Below, piece after piece: positions 44,359 through 51,809 of a stretch of DNA of 51,812 nucleotides (positions are counted from its first letter, which is position 1; each line of letters starts with the position of its first letter). The translations under genes and the position numbers were made by a program. The stretch is from an uncultured Planctomycetaceae bacterium (GTDB taxonomy: Bacteria > Planctomycetota > Phycisphaerae > UBA1845 > UTPLA1), in contig CAYYBO010000002.1 in NCBI GenBank assembly GCA_964470125.1, forward strand, positions 1 to 51,812. The letters are read 5' to 3'. The notes beneath the pieces were generated by a model. That model made no database searches. It saw nothing but the letters and a program-made list of their open reading frames with translations, and was not told the DNA's origin.

Positions 44359-44755
44359 GTAAGTCCTTGTCAATAAAGGACGCAATTTCGGACCTCCAGG
44401 TCCTGGTCCACTCGGGAGCGGTTCTGGTCCACATCAGGACATCTTTGTCTGGACCAGGTTTATTAATGTAACCCACGCAGCCACCGCCACTTACGAGAGC
44501 CCCTCCTTCAAAAACACCTCTTGGTCCATCGAAAAGGTGTATACTATGGGTATAGGGGTTTTCTCTGGTGTGAGGAATAGTAATAGGGTTTTGGATGGAC
44601 CACACCCTAACAGGCGTTAGGGTCGCGCCGCAACCTGCGCTGCAGCCACGACTTGCGTAAACAAGCTGGTCCAGACACGTTTATCCGAATGTGGACCACT
44701 CCGTCAACCGACCACCCTATCCGAAATGTAACTCCAGTGGCCGCCGCAACTTCGA

Positions 44756-44786
44756 AAATCGGACATGGTCCATATTAAGTGGACCA
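44756..44786. promoter_or_regulatory. right 31-bp composite operator (inverted copy of 44328..44358)
   Basis: AAATCGGACA, then TGGTCCA-N7-TGGACCA. Mirror arrangement of the left element, about 400 bp away. Confidence 0.6.
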
Positions 44787-44851
44787 GACAAAGATATCCG
44801 TTGAGTTTTATGGGACGTGCTGCCGGCCGCCCCCCGGGCCGCCCCCCGGAC

Positions 44852-44880
44852 TTGACGCCGCCGGCCTTTCGTGGTATACT
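44852..44880 (+). promoter_or_regulatory. sigma70-like promoter with extended -10, heading the + strand gene train
   Basis: TTGACG (44852-44857), 17-nt spacer, TGgTATACT (44872-44880). Lies in intergenic DNA, about 25 nt upstream of the RBS of the first gene. Confidence 0.6.
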
Positions 44881-44904
44881 ATACAAGTAGTAAGTTGACT
44901 GGAG

Positions 44905-45090
44905 ATGACAGTGCCGCTCGCAGAAGGTTCGTCGAAGAAGGTGATTTCCAGGAACATCGCTGAGCTGGTCGCGTCGACCACCCAGGCGGGGCGGGCTCGC
45001 CGTCACCACGGTCGGAAGAAGGCTCGCGAGATTGCCGTTGCCATCGCCCTTGACAAAGCCCGTCGCTCGGCCAAGCGGAGTCACAAGTGA
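44905..45090 (+). CDS. small basic protein
   Basis: 61 aa from ATG at 44905. The in-frame GTG at 44911 has better spacing from GGAG (44901-44904). The K/R-rich REIAVAIALDKARRS segment resembles small bacterial/phage proteins with a KQAIAIxLSEAR-type motif. Confidence 0.55.
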   Translation: MTVPLAEGSSKKVISRNIAELVASTTQAGRARRHHGRKKAREIAVAIALDKARRSAKRSHK

Positions 45091-46277
45091 ATGCTAAGAA
45101 ACGAGGAAAACCCACCCGCCGACCTCATCCTGCTGGGACCGCTGGCGCTGATGTCCCTGCGCCTGCTGGCCAGGGAGCTGCCCCAGGAGCCACGCGCCCT
45201 GCTCCAGCAGGTCAACCAGGAGATGCAGGCGACGCACCCCGAACTGCCGACGCCGGCCGTGCCCGTGCTGGAGATGCCCGACGCCGCCTACATCGACCTG
45301 CACGCTCTGATACGGGCGCTGCACCTGCTGTACGATCCGCTGACGCCACTGGACGACCTGCGCCTCATCGAGGAAGAGTTCCGGCGGCTCCGCTCGGTGG
45401 CGCTGAAGGATTGGTTGAAGCGGCTCCTCCCTCTCGAAACACCCCCGGCCGCCGCTCCCCCGACGCACCCTCGGCGGGCAGCCCCTCGCGTGGAACGCCT
45501 GCCGCTGCCGGCCGAGGGCCAGACCCGTCGCCCCCGTCGCCCCAGGCGCCCTCCGCCGAAGCCCCCAACCCGGAGGCGACGCCGCCCGCTCCCGCCGGAG
45601 CACCCTCTGCATCGAGCGAAGTCGCCGGAGCACCGCCGCAACATCTCAGCGGGAATGACCCGGCGCTGGGAGCAGCGGCGCCAGTTGCAGGAACAGCAAC
45701 CGCCACCCAGCTAGCCGCTCCACTGGAGACGCTCCTGCGGTTCTTCACCCCCGAGGGCTGGGGCACCGCCGTTCAGTTGAGTGGACTCACGGCGGAGACC
45801 ATCGCCCGCGAACTCGCCAAGCTGGTGATGGACGAGGGCGTCGACCCGAAGGTCCGCCTCAACGCCATCCGCGTGCACATGCAGCACAGCCGGGACGTCC
45901 TGCGGTATGCGGCGATCCTCGGCGGAGACCGCATCGTCCGTACCGTCGAACTCGGCTCCGGTGCGGATCGCATCAAACTCACTCAAATCGAGCGCCAGTT
46001 GAAGATGGCTCGTGCCACCAACTTGCAGGCGCAGTCTCTGTTGTCGGCAGCGAACGACTTCGTTGCCGGTGAGCACGAGCGCATCGCCGCGCTACCTCAC
46101 CCTACCCTTCAGAAGGAGGCTCAACCTCATGGCTCCGAAACCGACGAAGAAATCACCGTCGAGCCCCTCGCTGTTGAAGCAGCAGGCCGACCCGCCGCTA
46201 CCCGGCCCGACGACTTCCCCACAGCCCCCGCCTCCGCCCGCGAGCAGCTCGACGACGAAGACGACGACCTCGACTAA
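45087..46277 (+). CDS. ORF whose C-terminal ~260 aa look coding (P/A/S linker, helical domain, acidic tail); true start or frame entry unresolved; weak small-terminase-like hint
   Basis: The GTG-initiated N-terminal ~110 aa are A/G/P/R-rich and look off-frame. From about 45440 onward: ...APSAEAPNPEATPP...LETLLRFFTPEGWG...VDPKVRLNAIRVHMQ...EQLDDEDDDLD. There is no ATG/GTG in frame between 45087 and about 45830 except TTG at 45411. Confidence 0.45.
   Translation: MNAKKRGKPTRRPHPAGTAGADVPAPAGQGAAPGATRPAPAGQPGDAGDAPRTADAGRARAGDARRRLHRPARSDTGAAPAVRSADATGRPAPHRGRVPAAPLGGAEGLVEAAPPSRNTPGRRSPDAPSAGSPSRGTPAAAGRGPDPSPPSPQAPSAEAPNPEATPPAPAGAPSASSEVAGAPPQHLSGNDPALGAAAPVAGTATATQLAAPLETLLRFFTPEGWGTAVQLSGLTAETIARELAKLVMDEGVDPKVRLNAIRVHMQHSRDVLRYAAILGGDRIVRTVELGSGADRIKLTQIERQLKMARATNLQAQSLLSAANDFVAGEHERIAALPHPTLQKEAQPHGSETDEEITVEPLAVEAAGRPAATRPDDFPTAPASAREQLDDEDDDLD
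45091..45714 (+). CDS. hypothetical protein; only the first ~115 aa look protein-like in this frame
   Basis: ATG immediately follows the upstream TGA. The N-terminal LLGPLALMSLRLLARELPQ...LIEEEFRRLRSVALKDWLKRLL looks real. After about 45440 the translation becomes R/P-rich, while the -1 frame becomes protein-like. Confidence 0.45.
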   Translation: MLRNEENPPADLILLGPLALMSLRLLARELPQEPRALLQQVNQEMQATHPELPTPAVPVLEMPDAAYIDLHALIRALHLLYDPLTPLDDLRLIEEEFRRLRSVALKDWLKRLLPLETPPAAAPPTHPRRAAPRVERLPLPAEGQTRRPRRPRRPPPKPPTRRRRRPLPPEHPLHRAKSPEHRRNISAGMTRRWEQRRQLQEQQPPPS

Positions 46278-46296
46278 ACCCGGGGACCGCTGTCAC

Positions 46297-46668
46297 ATGG
46301 AGGCGCTGTCTGTGGAGGACTTCGCCGAGGCTGCGCTGCGTGGCCGCGACAACATGACGCTCGCGGACTACTACGCCATGCTGGCGGCGTGGCTCAACGA
46401 GATCGACCGCGCCTGGACCCTCGGCTTCCGGGTGGCGTTGCCCTCTGCAGGGCTGCTGCCCCGCATCAGCGAGTGGCACCCGGACTTCCGCGCCCACGTG
46501 GAGTCTGAGGTTTACGCCGCGCTGCACGATCAGGCGCGGGTGGTGCGGCTGCTGGTGGCGCTGGTCACCGGGGCCTTCCGGCCGTGGACCGAGTCGAGCC
46601 TGTCGAAGGCCGTGTCTGCGGCGTTCGCGTTGGAGGCGGTGTGCCGCTGGGAGGCGAGCCATGAGTGA
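46297..46668 (+). CDS. hypothetical protein
   Basis: ATG at 46297. 123 aa. An upstream in-frame ATG at 46129 with an AGGAGG RBS is an alternative start. Confidence 0.5.
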   Translation: MEALSVEDFAEAALRGRDNMTLADYYAMLAAWLNEIDRAWTLGFRVALPSAGLLPRISEWHPDFRAHVESEVYAALHDQARVVRLLVALVTGAFRPWTESSLSKAVSAAFALEAVCRWEASHE

Positions 46669-47224
46669 TCTCGCACCCTCTGCCGCCAACGGCGACGGAC
46701 ACGACCTGCCTGGCGCTCAGCCCGGCGCTCAGCCTGGCGCTCAGCCTGGCGACCTGCCGGACGACCTGATCTCTGCGGTGTTCGGCCCGAACGGCCCCAA
46801 GCCGGCAGCCGCCAGCCCCGCGACCCAGGTTGAAGCGTCGCTCGCCCCGATGCTGGCGGCGGGCGTCCACCCCGTTGTCGTCGTAATCTGGTTGGATGCG
46901 TGCTGTCCACACGAATCCACCGACGACTTGCGCAACCCGCCCTCCGATCCGGTGCTGCAGGTTAGCGCGGGCTGGCTGCTGGCCGTGACCGAGGCTACGG
47001 TCACCATCGCTCAGAGCATCAGCGCCTGGCCGCACTCCCCCGACAAGGAAGCGTCGGAGATGCTCGTGGTGCCTCGCTGCCTCATCCAGAAGTTCCAGGT
47101 GATGCCGGGCGTCGTCACCGAGACGGCCGTCGACCCGGCTACGGCGCGGTCCTTCCTCGAACAGGCGGGCCTCAGCATCGACGACGCCCCCGCCGACGAG
47201 GAGGAGGAGGACCCCGATGTTTGA
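46661..47224 (+). CDS. strongly acidic hypothetical protein with a PGAQ x3 repeat
   Basis: 187 aa. By hand count about 28 D/E versus 6 K/R. C-terminal DDAPADEEEEDPDV. Confidence 0.6.
   Translation: MSDLAPSAANGDGHDLPGAQPGAQPGAQPGDLPDDLISAVFGPNGPKPAAASPATQVEASLAPMLAAGVHPVVVVIWLDACCPHESTDDLRNPPSDPVLQVSAGWLLAVTEATVTIAQSISAWPHSPDKEASEMLVVPRCLIQKFQVMPGVVTETAVDPATARSFLEQAGLSIDDAPADEEEEDPDV
46709..46753 (+). repeat. 12-bp tandem repeat (cc[t/c]ggcgctcag), about 3.7 copies, in frame (PGAQ)
   Basis: Units read directly at 46709-46720, 46721-46732 and 46733-44, plus a partial fourth. Confidence 0.9.
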
Positions 47225-47348
47225 GACGCTGCTGTTTGTGTGTGCTGGGGTGCTGCTGACCGTGACGCTGTGTCTGGTGGTCGCTCTTGGCGCCGTGGCC
47301 CTGGTTCGTGATGTCATCAACGAATGGAGCCGCAAACCCAAATGCTAA
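47217..47348 (+). CDS. 43-aa single-pass membrane mini-protein (not in the ORF track)
   Basis: A GAGGAGGAGGAGGA run lies 5 nt upstream of ATG at 47217. Product: MFETLLFVCAGVLLTVTLCLVVALGAVALVRDVINEWSRKPKC. Confidence 0.4.
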   Translation: MFETLLFVCAGVLLTVTLCLVVALGAVALVRDVINEWSRKPKC

Positions 47349-49288
47349 GGTGGAAGTGGGTACCGGTTGAGCGCGAGGGCAACGCGGCGTGGCCGCTCCC
47401 CCCCGACTACGTTGACCTCACCGACGAAGGCCAGCGCCTGGCTCGCGTCAACGCCACGTTGATGCAGCACGACCCGGGCCTGGCCACTGAGTCGTGGCTG
47501 TGGTTCTGCCGCTGCTACCTGATGCCCGATCCAGCCGCCGACTTCAACCCCGGGTTCTACGCACCGCCGATCCGCGAGTTCGGCTTCGTGCATCCGATGG
47601 TGATCCGGGGGATCGAAGCGAACCGGCGCTGCGTCATTTCGTTGCCGCGAGGTTCCGCCAAGACCACCACCCTCCAATCCTACATGCTGTTCAAAACCTG
47701 CACCCACACGCAGTACCGCATCAGGTTCTACAAGTCGACCCGTGCCTACGTCGAAGAGGACATCACCGCCATCCGCGACCAGCTGGAGCGCAACCAGCGG
47801 CTGATCGACGACTTCGGCGACATCGTCCCCGGCCGCCGGGAAGGGGTCTGGTCGCACGAGAAGCTGCGCACCGCCACCCTCGTGCGCATTGTGGGGCAGT
47901 CGGTGGGTGCGCGCAAGCTGAGGGGCGGCCGCGCTGAGCTGATCGTCCTCGACGACCCGGAGTACGATCCGGACAACCCTCTTCAATCCGACGTTGAGGT
48001 TGATCGGCTGGCCCGCAAGATCACTCGCGTCCTGCTGCCGATGCTCGATCGCGACGAGGACACGCCCTCGCAGTCGGGGCGCTTCGTCTATCTCGGGACG
48101 CCGATCCACAAGCGCTCGCTGCACTACACCCTGATCGCTCCCGACGTGCTGCTGCCAGACCGGCCCGCCCAGTTCCGCGACGCCCTTTGGTATAAGATTA
48201 ACGTGCCGGCCAAGCTGGTGCAAACGCAGCCGGACGGCTCAAGCAAGGTCGTCCGCGCCTGGTCGAAGTTCAGCGACGCGTTCCTCGACGAGCAGCGGGA
48301 GTTGCTGACAGACGCCGGTTACGGCAGCGAGTACGGCGGCGACCCCGTCAGCAGCGACAAGTGCATCTTCGAGTTGAGGCCGAGCCTCCACGAATATCAC
48401 CTGGAGGCAGCGGACCTGGGCGCGGTCTACGAGCAGCCCTTCGACACGCCGTGCACCGTCCACTGGCATGAGTGCTACGGAGTCGAGCCGGTGAAGACGA
48501 CCCCCCGCTCCGCCGCGTTCTCCGACCACATTCGAGCTATGTATAGGTTCGTGACCGTGGACTACGCCTACACCGCCAAAACCACCTCCGACTGGTCTGT
48601 GGTGCACGTGATGGGCGTCGATCGGAGGAACGACCTGTGGTCGCTGGACATGTGGAGGGGCCGCGTGAAGTTCCCGTTCCTCGTTGGCCAGATTTGGCGT
48701 CTCGCCCTCAAGTGGCACGTCATGGCCGTGGGCGTCGAGGCCTACCCCGTGCAGGAGGAGTACTACCAACAGGCAGCGGCGTACGCCGAGCACATCTACG
48801 AGCAGTACGGGTTCTGTCCGCCGTGCATCCCCATCAAGCCGCCCATCGACAAGGGGCAGCGCATCATGCGGTTGGCCTTCCGCGTTGAGCGAGGCAAGCT
48901 GAAGCTACCCGCGCACCGTCGGTATCAGCCGCCCTACTACCAACTCTACCAGCAGATCAGGGACTTCACCGAGGACCTGGCGAATCTGCCCCACGACGAC
49001 GAACTCGACACGCTCAGCATGTCGGCGGACATCCTGCGGGGTCGCTCCAAAGCTACGCCAGCCGGCCCTACGCCCGCCACGCCCCTGGAACAGATCAACC
49101 AGGGCCAGCTCATCGACGACTCGACCGGCATCAGCTGGTTGAGGGGCTTGTCTTTTGACCGGATTCCTGCTATAATACTCAATCGACTTATGGACGATCA
49201 AGTTGCCAGCAAAGCCGAGCAGTATCGACGCGCTGCGGAGGACCCCGCCACGGCAGCGCTCCATATGCTCGGCTACGCGGAGGATTAA
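47324..49288 (+). CDS. terL: terminase large subunit
   Basis: 654 aa (alternative start ATG at 47342).
- Walker A-like: ISLPRGSAKTTT.
- Walker B: AELIVLDDPE.
- YLGTPIH.
- Nuclease motifs: FVTVDYAYTAKTTSDWS and HDDELDTLSM. Confidence 0.85.
   Translation: MEPQTQMLRWKWVPVEREGNAAWPLPPDYVDLTDEGQRLARVNATLMQHDPGLATESWLWFCRCYLMPDPAADFNPGFYAPPIREFGFVHPMVIRGIEANRRCVISLPRGSAKTTTLQSYMLFKTCTHTQYRIRFYKSTRAYVEEDITAIRDQLERNQRLIDDFGDIVPGRREGVWSHEKLRTATLVRIVGQSVGARKLRGGRAELIVLDDPEYDPDNPLQSDVEVDRLARKITRVLLPMLDRDEDTPSQSGRFVYLGTPIHKRSLHYTLIAPDVLLPDRPAQFRDALWYKINVPAKLVQTQPDGSSKVVRAWSKFSDAFLDEQRELLTDAGYGSEYGGDPVSSDKCIFELRPSLHEYHLEAADLGAVYEQPFDTPCTVHWHECYGVEPVKTTPRSAAFSDHIRAMYRFVTVDYAYTAKTTSDWSVVHVMGVDRRNDLWSLDMWRGRVKFPFLVGQIWRLALKWHVMAVGVEAYPVQEEYYQQAAAYAEHIYEQYGFCPPCIPIKPPIDKGQRIMRLAFRVERGKLKLPAHRRYQPPYYQLYQQIRDFTEDLANLPHDDELDTLSMSADILRGRSKATPAGPTPATPLEQINQGQLIDDSTGISWLRGLSFDRIPAIILNRLMDDQVASKAEQYRRAAEDPATAALHMLGYAED
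49148..49176 (+). promoter_or_regulatory. extended -10 sigma70-like promoter embedded near the 3' end of terL
   Basis: TTGTCT (49148-49153), 17-nt spacer, TGcTATAAT (49168-49176). Confidence 0.45.
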
Positions 49289-49290
49289 CC

Positions 49291-49716
49291 ATGCTGCCTC
49301 AACTCGAAGCGTACGTCGCCGTGGGGGCGATGCTCTCCGTCTGGACGCTGCTCTGCGCGGTGGCCGGCTACGTGGCCGGTGTCGCCCGCGCCCGGCCCAA
49401 CTCCGACCTCTACGCGCTGGCCCTGGCCGCGCTGCGTGACCGAACCGCCGTGGCGTTCTCGGCACCGGACCCCCTGGCCCGCCGTGCCTACGCCCAGGCT
49501 GTGGGCCTTGAGGCGGTGGAGCGCGCGCAGCACTTCGCTCCGCTGCCGGCGCCACCCGCTGCGGACGGCGACGGCCTCGCCGAGGAAGGGCTGGACGACC
49601 CCGCCGCCACGCAACCCGCCACGATGACCGGCCCCCCGGCCGACGCCATGATTCACAGTGATGCTCTGGCCGAGGTTCTCCAGGGCATCGCCCTTCAAAC
49701 TGGAGCCGACCAATGA
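49291..49716 (+). CDS. hypothetical membrane protein
   Basis: 141 aa with GGAGGA RBS. N-terminal hydrophobic VAVGAMLSVWTLLCAVAGYVAGV. Confidence 0.55.
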   Translation: MLPQLEAYVAVGAMLSVWTLLCAVAGYVAGVARARPNSDLYALALAALRDRTAVAFSAPDPLARRAYAQAVGLEAVERAQHFAPLPAPPAADGDGLAEEGLDDPAATQPATMTGPPADAMIHSDALAEVLQGIALQTGADQ

Positions 49717-51809
49717 GCAGGTTCTATCTGCCGCCAAAATCGAAGAACAGTGACGACGTCCGCGAGGCCCTGCGCAATGCGTACGACGACGCCGAAGCCG
49801 AGTACGTGCACAAGTCGATCGCGTGGGCGTTCGCTCACTGGTACATAGCGGGCGTGCGCGACTTCCGCGCGGGCTCCTTCATAAAGGGGATGCCCTCGGT
49901 TCCAACCAGGGACACGCGGCAGCGCCGGCGCGTTCGTTGCGAGAACTCCCTCGTTCAAGCGCAGACGGAGATGGGCCGCCTCATCGGCATCGACCTTGGT
50001 CCCAGCGTGAAGCGCCGGCCCGGGCTCGGCCTCGACAATATTCGGGAGGACGCGCTCTCCCAGGCCGTGCTGGACGACTGCGAGCCGTCGATGCTCACCT
50101 CCCAAACCAAAGTCGCCCAGGCCTACCACCTTGTGACCTACGGAACCGTTGGGATCATCACGGAGCCGCCGGACCCCGCCCTCCGCACGTGGAAGCCGCG
50201 TGCCTCGCTAGTGCCGGCGTGGGAGCTGCGGCCACTCCCCGGCCAGGTCTCCTCCCCCGAGCAGGCGGGCGGGCTTAGCTGGTGCCGCTGGGTTAATTTA
50301 GACTGGTTCAAGAACAAGTTCCGCAACGTGGTGAAGGTGCCGAGGGACATCGACGACCAGACCACCCAGGTCGAGTCGACGGAGTATGGCCGGGGACGCG
50401 ACGAAGCGGGCGCCCCTAACGTCGTGCTGCCTATCCTCGGGGGCATCGGCGCCTACAGCACGATGGGGTTCACGCGCTACCAGTCGCTCAACGAGGAGCC
50501 CTCCGACGCGCAGAAGACCCGTCTGTGTCAGTTGAGGGAGCACTGGCTGACCAGCGGCGACGGTCGCGTCACCCGCTATGTCCTGCAGATCGGCGACACC
50601 AAGCCGCTGCTCGATCTTGACTACACCAGCGACGAGTGGCTCACGAAGCTCGGGGGCGTGCTGCCGTGTCTGCCGCTCAACATCGCTCGCTACTACTACG
50701 TCGGCAGCTGGTGGGCTCGGTCTTTCGTGGACAAGCAAATCCCGCTCAACCGCGAGATGGAGACGCTGCTCGGCGAGTGGCTCGACTACCTCCTTACGCT
50801 ATCGCAGCTGACAGCCCTGTGCATGCCGAGTACCATGGGCATCGGCAAGCGGCAGCTCGACGAAATCCGCAAGAACAAAGCGCTGTTCTACACGCCGGAC
50901 GGGGCCGCCCCCAACCTCGAACCCAAGGTTATCTCGCCGCCGAACGTCGGCGACGCGATGGGCCGCACCGTCGGCATGCTGAATCAACTGCAGAAGGAGC
51001 AGTCGGCGCAGGGCGAGCTGATTTATGGCGGGGTACCTGGCCGCTTGGAGTCGGCGCGGGCGACGGCGATGGTCGGTCAGTTCCAGAACGTCCCGATCGC
51101 CGGCCCTGCCGAGTCGCTGGCCGGCGCCTGGGTTGATACGTGGCGCGCCGCCCTCGGGTTCGTCCGCTACCAGAGCGACGTCCTCGCCTCCCAAATCAAC
51201 GTGGAGGTCCGGCGCATCGACGAGATGTCCGTTGGACTCAAGTTCGACCCGAAGAGTGGCCGCGTCGCTCTCGGCGAGTTCGCCTTCCCCGATCCGTACG
51301 CGGTGCAGCTGAGCATCCGATCGAAGGAGCCGCGCGACCCTCGCACCTCCAAGGAGGAAATCCTCCAGTACCGACAGGTCGGTCTGATGACTGCCAACGA
51401 GTGCCTCATCCAGTTGGTCCGGGAGGGGATCGACTCGCCACGGCTGGACCGCACCCCCTACAACAACTACGTCTGCGCCTGGACGGAGAACGCCACGTTC
51501 TTCCAGGGTGGCACGGTCGTCGGCAACGAGCACGCCGAGAACCACACCATCCACCTGCTGGTGCACCTCGAATTCGCACAGAGCCTCACCTTCAAAGCTA
51601 TGAAGGACCAGGAGCAGAGAGTCGTCCTGCAGCACATCGACTGGCACAAATCGCAACTTGCGTCGCTGCCCGACCCCGTCCCGGGGATGGACAACGCAGA
51701 CAACTGGGGCTCCGGTGGACCGCCGGGGCTCCGCGCTCAGATGGGCGCACCCCCTGGCGCCGGCATGGACACCGGCCAGGGCACTGTTCCTTATCGACCC
51801 CTAGCTTAG
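49713..51809 (+). CDS. putative portal protein
   Basis: 698 aa with an ATGA overlap. Located between terL and the scaffold/capsid genes. Call rests on size and position only. Confidence 0.6.
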   Translation: MSRFYLPPKSKNSDDVREALRNAYDDAEAEYVHKSIAWAFAHWYIAGVRDFRAGSFIKGMPSVPTRDTRQRRRVRCENSLVQAQTEMGRLIGIDLGPSVKRRPGLGLDNIREDALSQAVLDDCEPSMLTSQTKVAQAYHLVTYGTVGIITEPPDPALRTWKPRASLVPAWELRPLPGQVSSPEQAGGLSWCRWVNLDWFKNKFRNVVKVPRDIDDQTTQVESTEYGRGRDEAGAPNVVLPILGGIGAYSTMGFTRYQSLNEEPSDAQKTRLCQLREHWLTSGDGRVTRYVLQIGDTKPLLDLDYTSDEWLTKLGGVLPCLPLNIARYYYVGSWWARSFVDKQIPLNREMETLLGEWLDYLLTLSQLTALCMPSTMGIGKRQLDEIRKNKALFYTPDGAAPNLEPKVISPPNVGDAMGRTVGMLNQLQKEQSAQGELIYGGVPGRLESARATAMVGQFQNVPIAGPAESLAGAWVDTWRAALGFVRYQSDVLASQINVEVRRIDEMSVGLKFDPKSGRVALGEFAFPDPYAVQLSIRSKEPRDPRTSKEEILQYRQVGLMTANECLIQLVREGIDSPRLDRTPYNNYVCAWTENATFFQGGTVVGNEHAENHTIHLLVHLEFAQSLTFKAMKDQEQRVVLQHIDWHKSQLASLPDPVPGMDNADNWGSGGPPGLRAQMGAPPGAGMDTGQGTVPYRPLA

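Noticed and set aside
44321-44605. 94-aa minus-strand ORF inside the non-coding control region. Also 44704..45084 and 44879..45115 on the minus strand.
   Set aside because: The sequence is dominated by translated TGGWCCA repeats (W/T/G/P-rich). There is no RBS. It spans operator-like and promoter elements. More likely non-coding.
43943-44622. CRISPR array or telomere-like repeats (CCCTAA is the complement of TTAGGG).
   Set aside because: The repeats are 7 bp, not 24-40 bp. Spacers are 4-14 bp and irregular. There are no cas genes. Copies are not tandem as in telomeres. An iteron/operator interpretation fits better.
44328-44786. Miniature inverted-repeat transposable element bounded by the two inverted 31-bp elements.
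   Set aside because: There are no flanking target-site duplications that I can see and no transposase. The interior is filled with further copies of the same 7-mer, which argues for a protein-binding array rather than a mobile element.
45087-45410. GTG-initiated N-terminal ~110 aa of the 396-aa track ORF as real coding sequence.
   Set aside because: The translation (AGTAGADVPAPAGQGAAPGATRPAPAGQPGDAGDAPR...) looks like an off-frame product of the convincing ATG-initiated frame at 45091. The GTG overlaps the upstream stop without a separate RBS.
46129-46296. Alternative longer start for the 46297..46668 gene: ATG at 46129, 9 nt after AGGAGG, adding a P/S/T/K-rich N-terminus.
   Set aside because: It would overlap the acidic C-terminus of the upstream ORF by 149 nt. 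Both frames have high GC3 here, so I cannot decide by eye. I kept the shorter start and flag this for ribosome-profiling or comparative checks.
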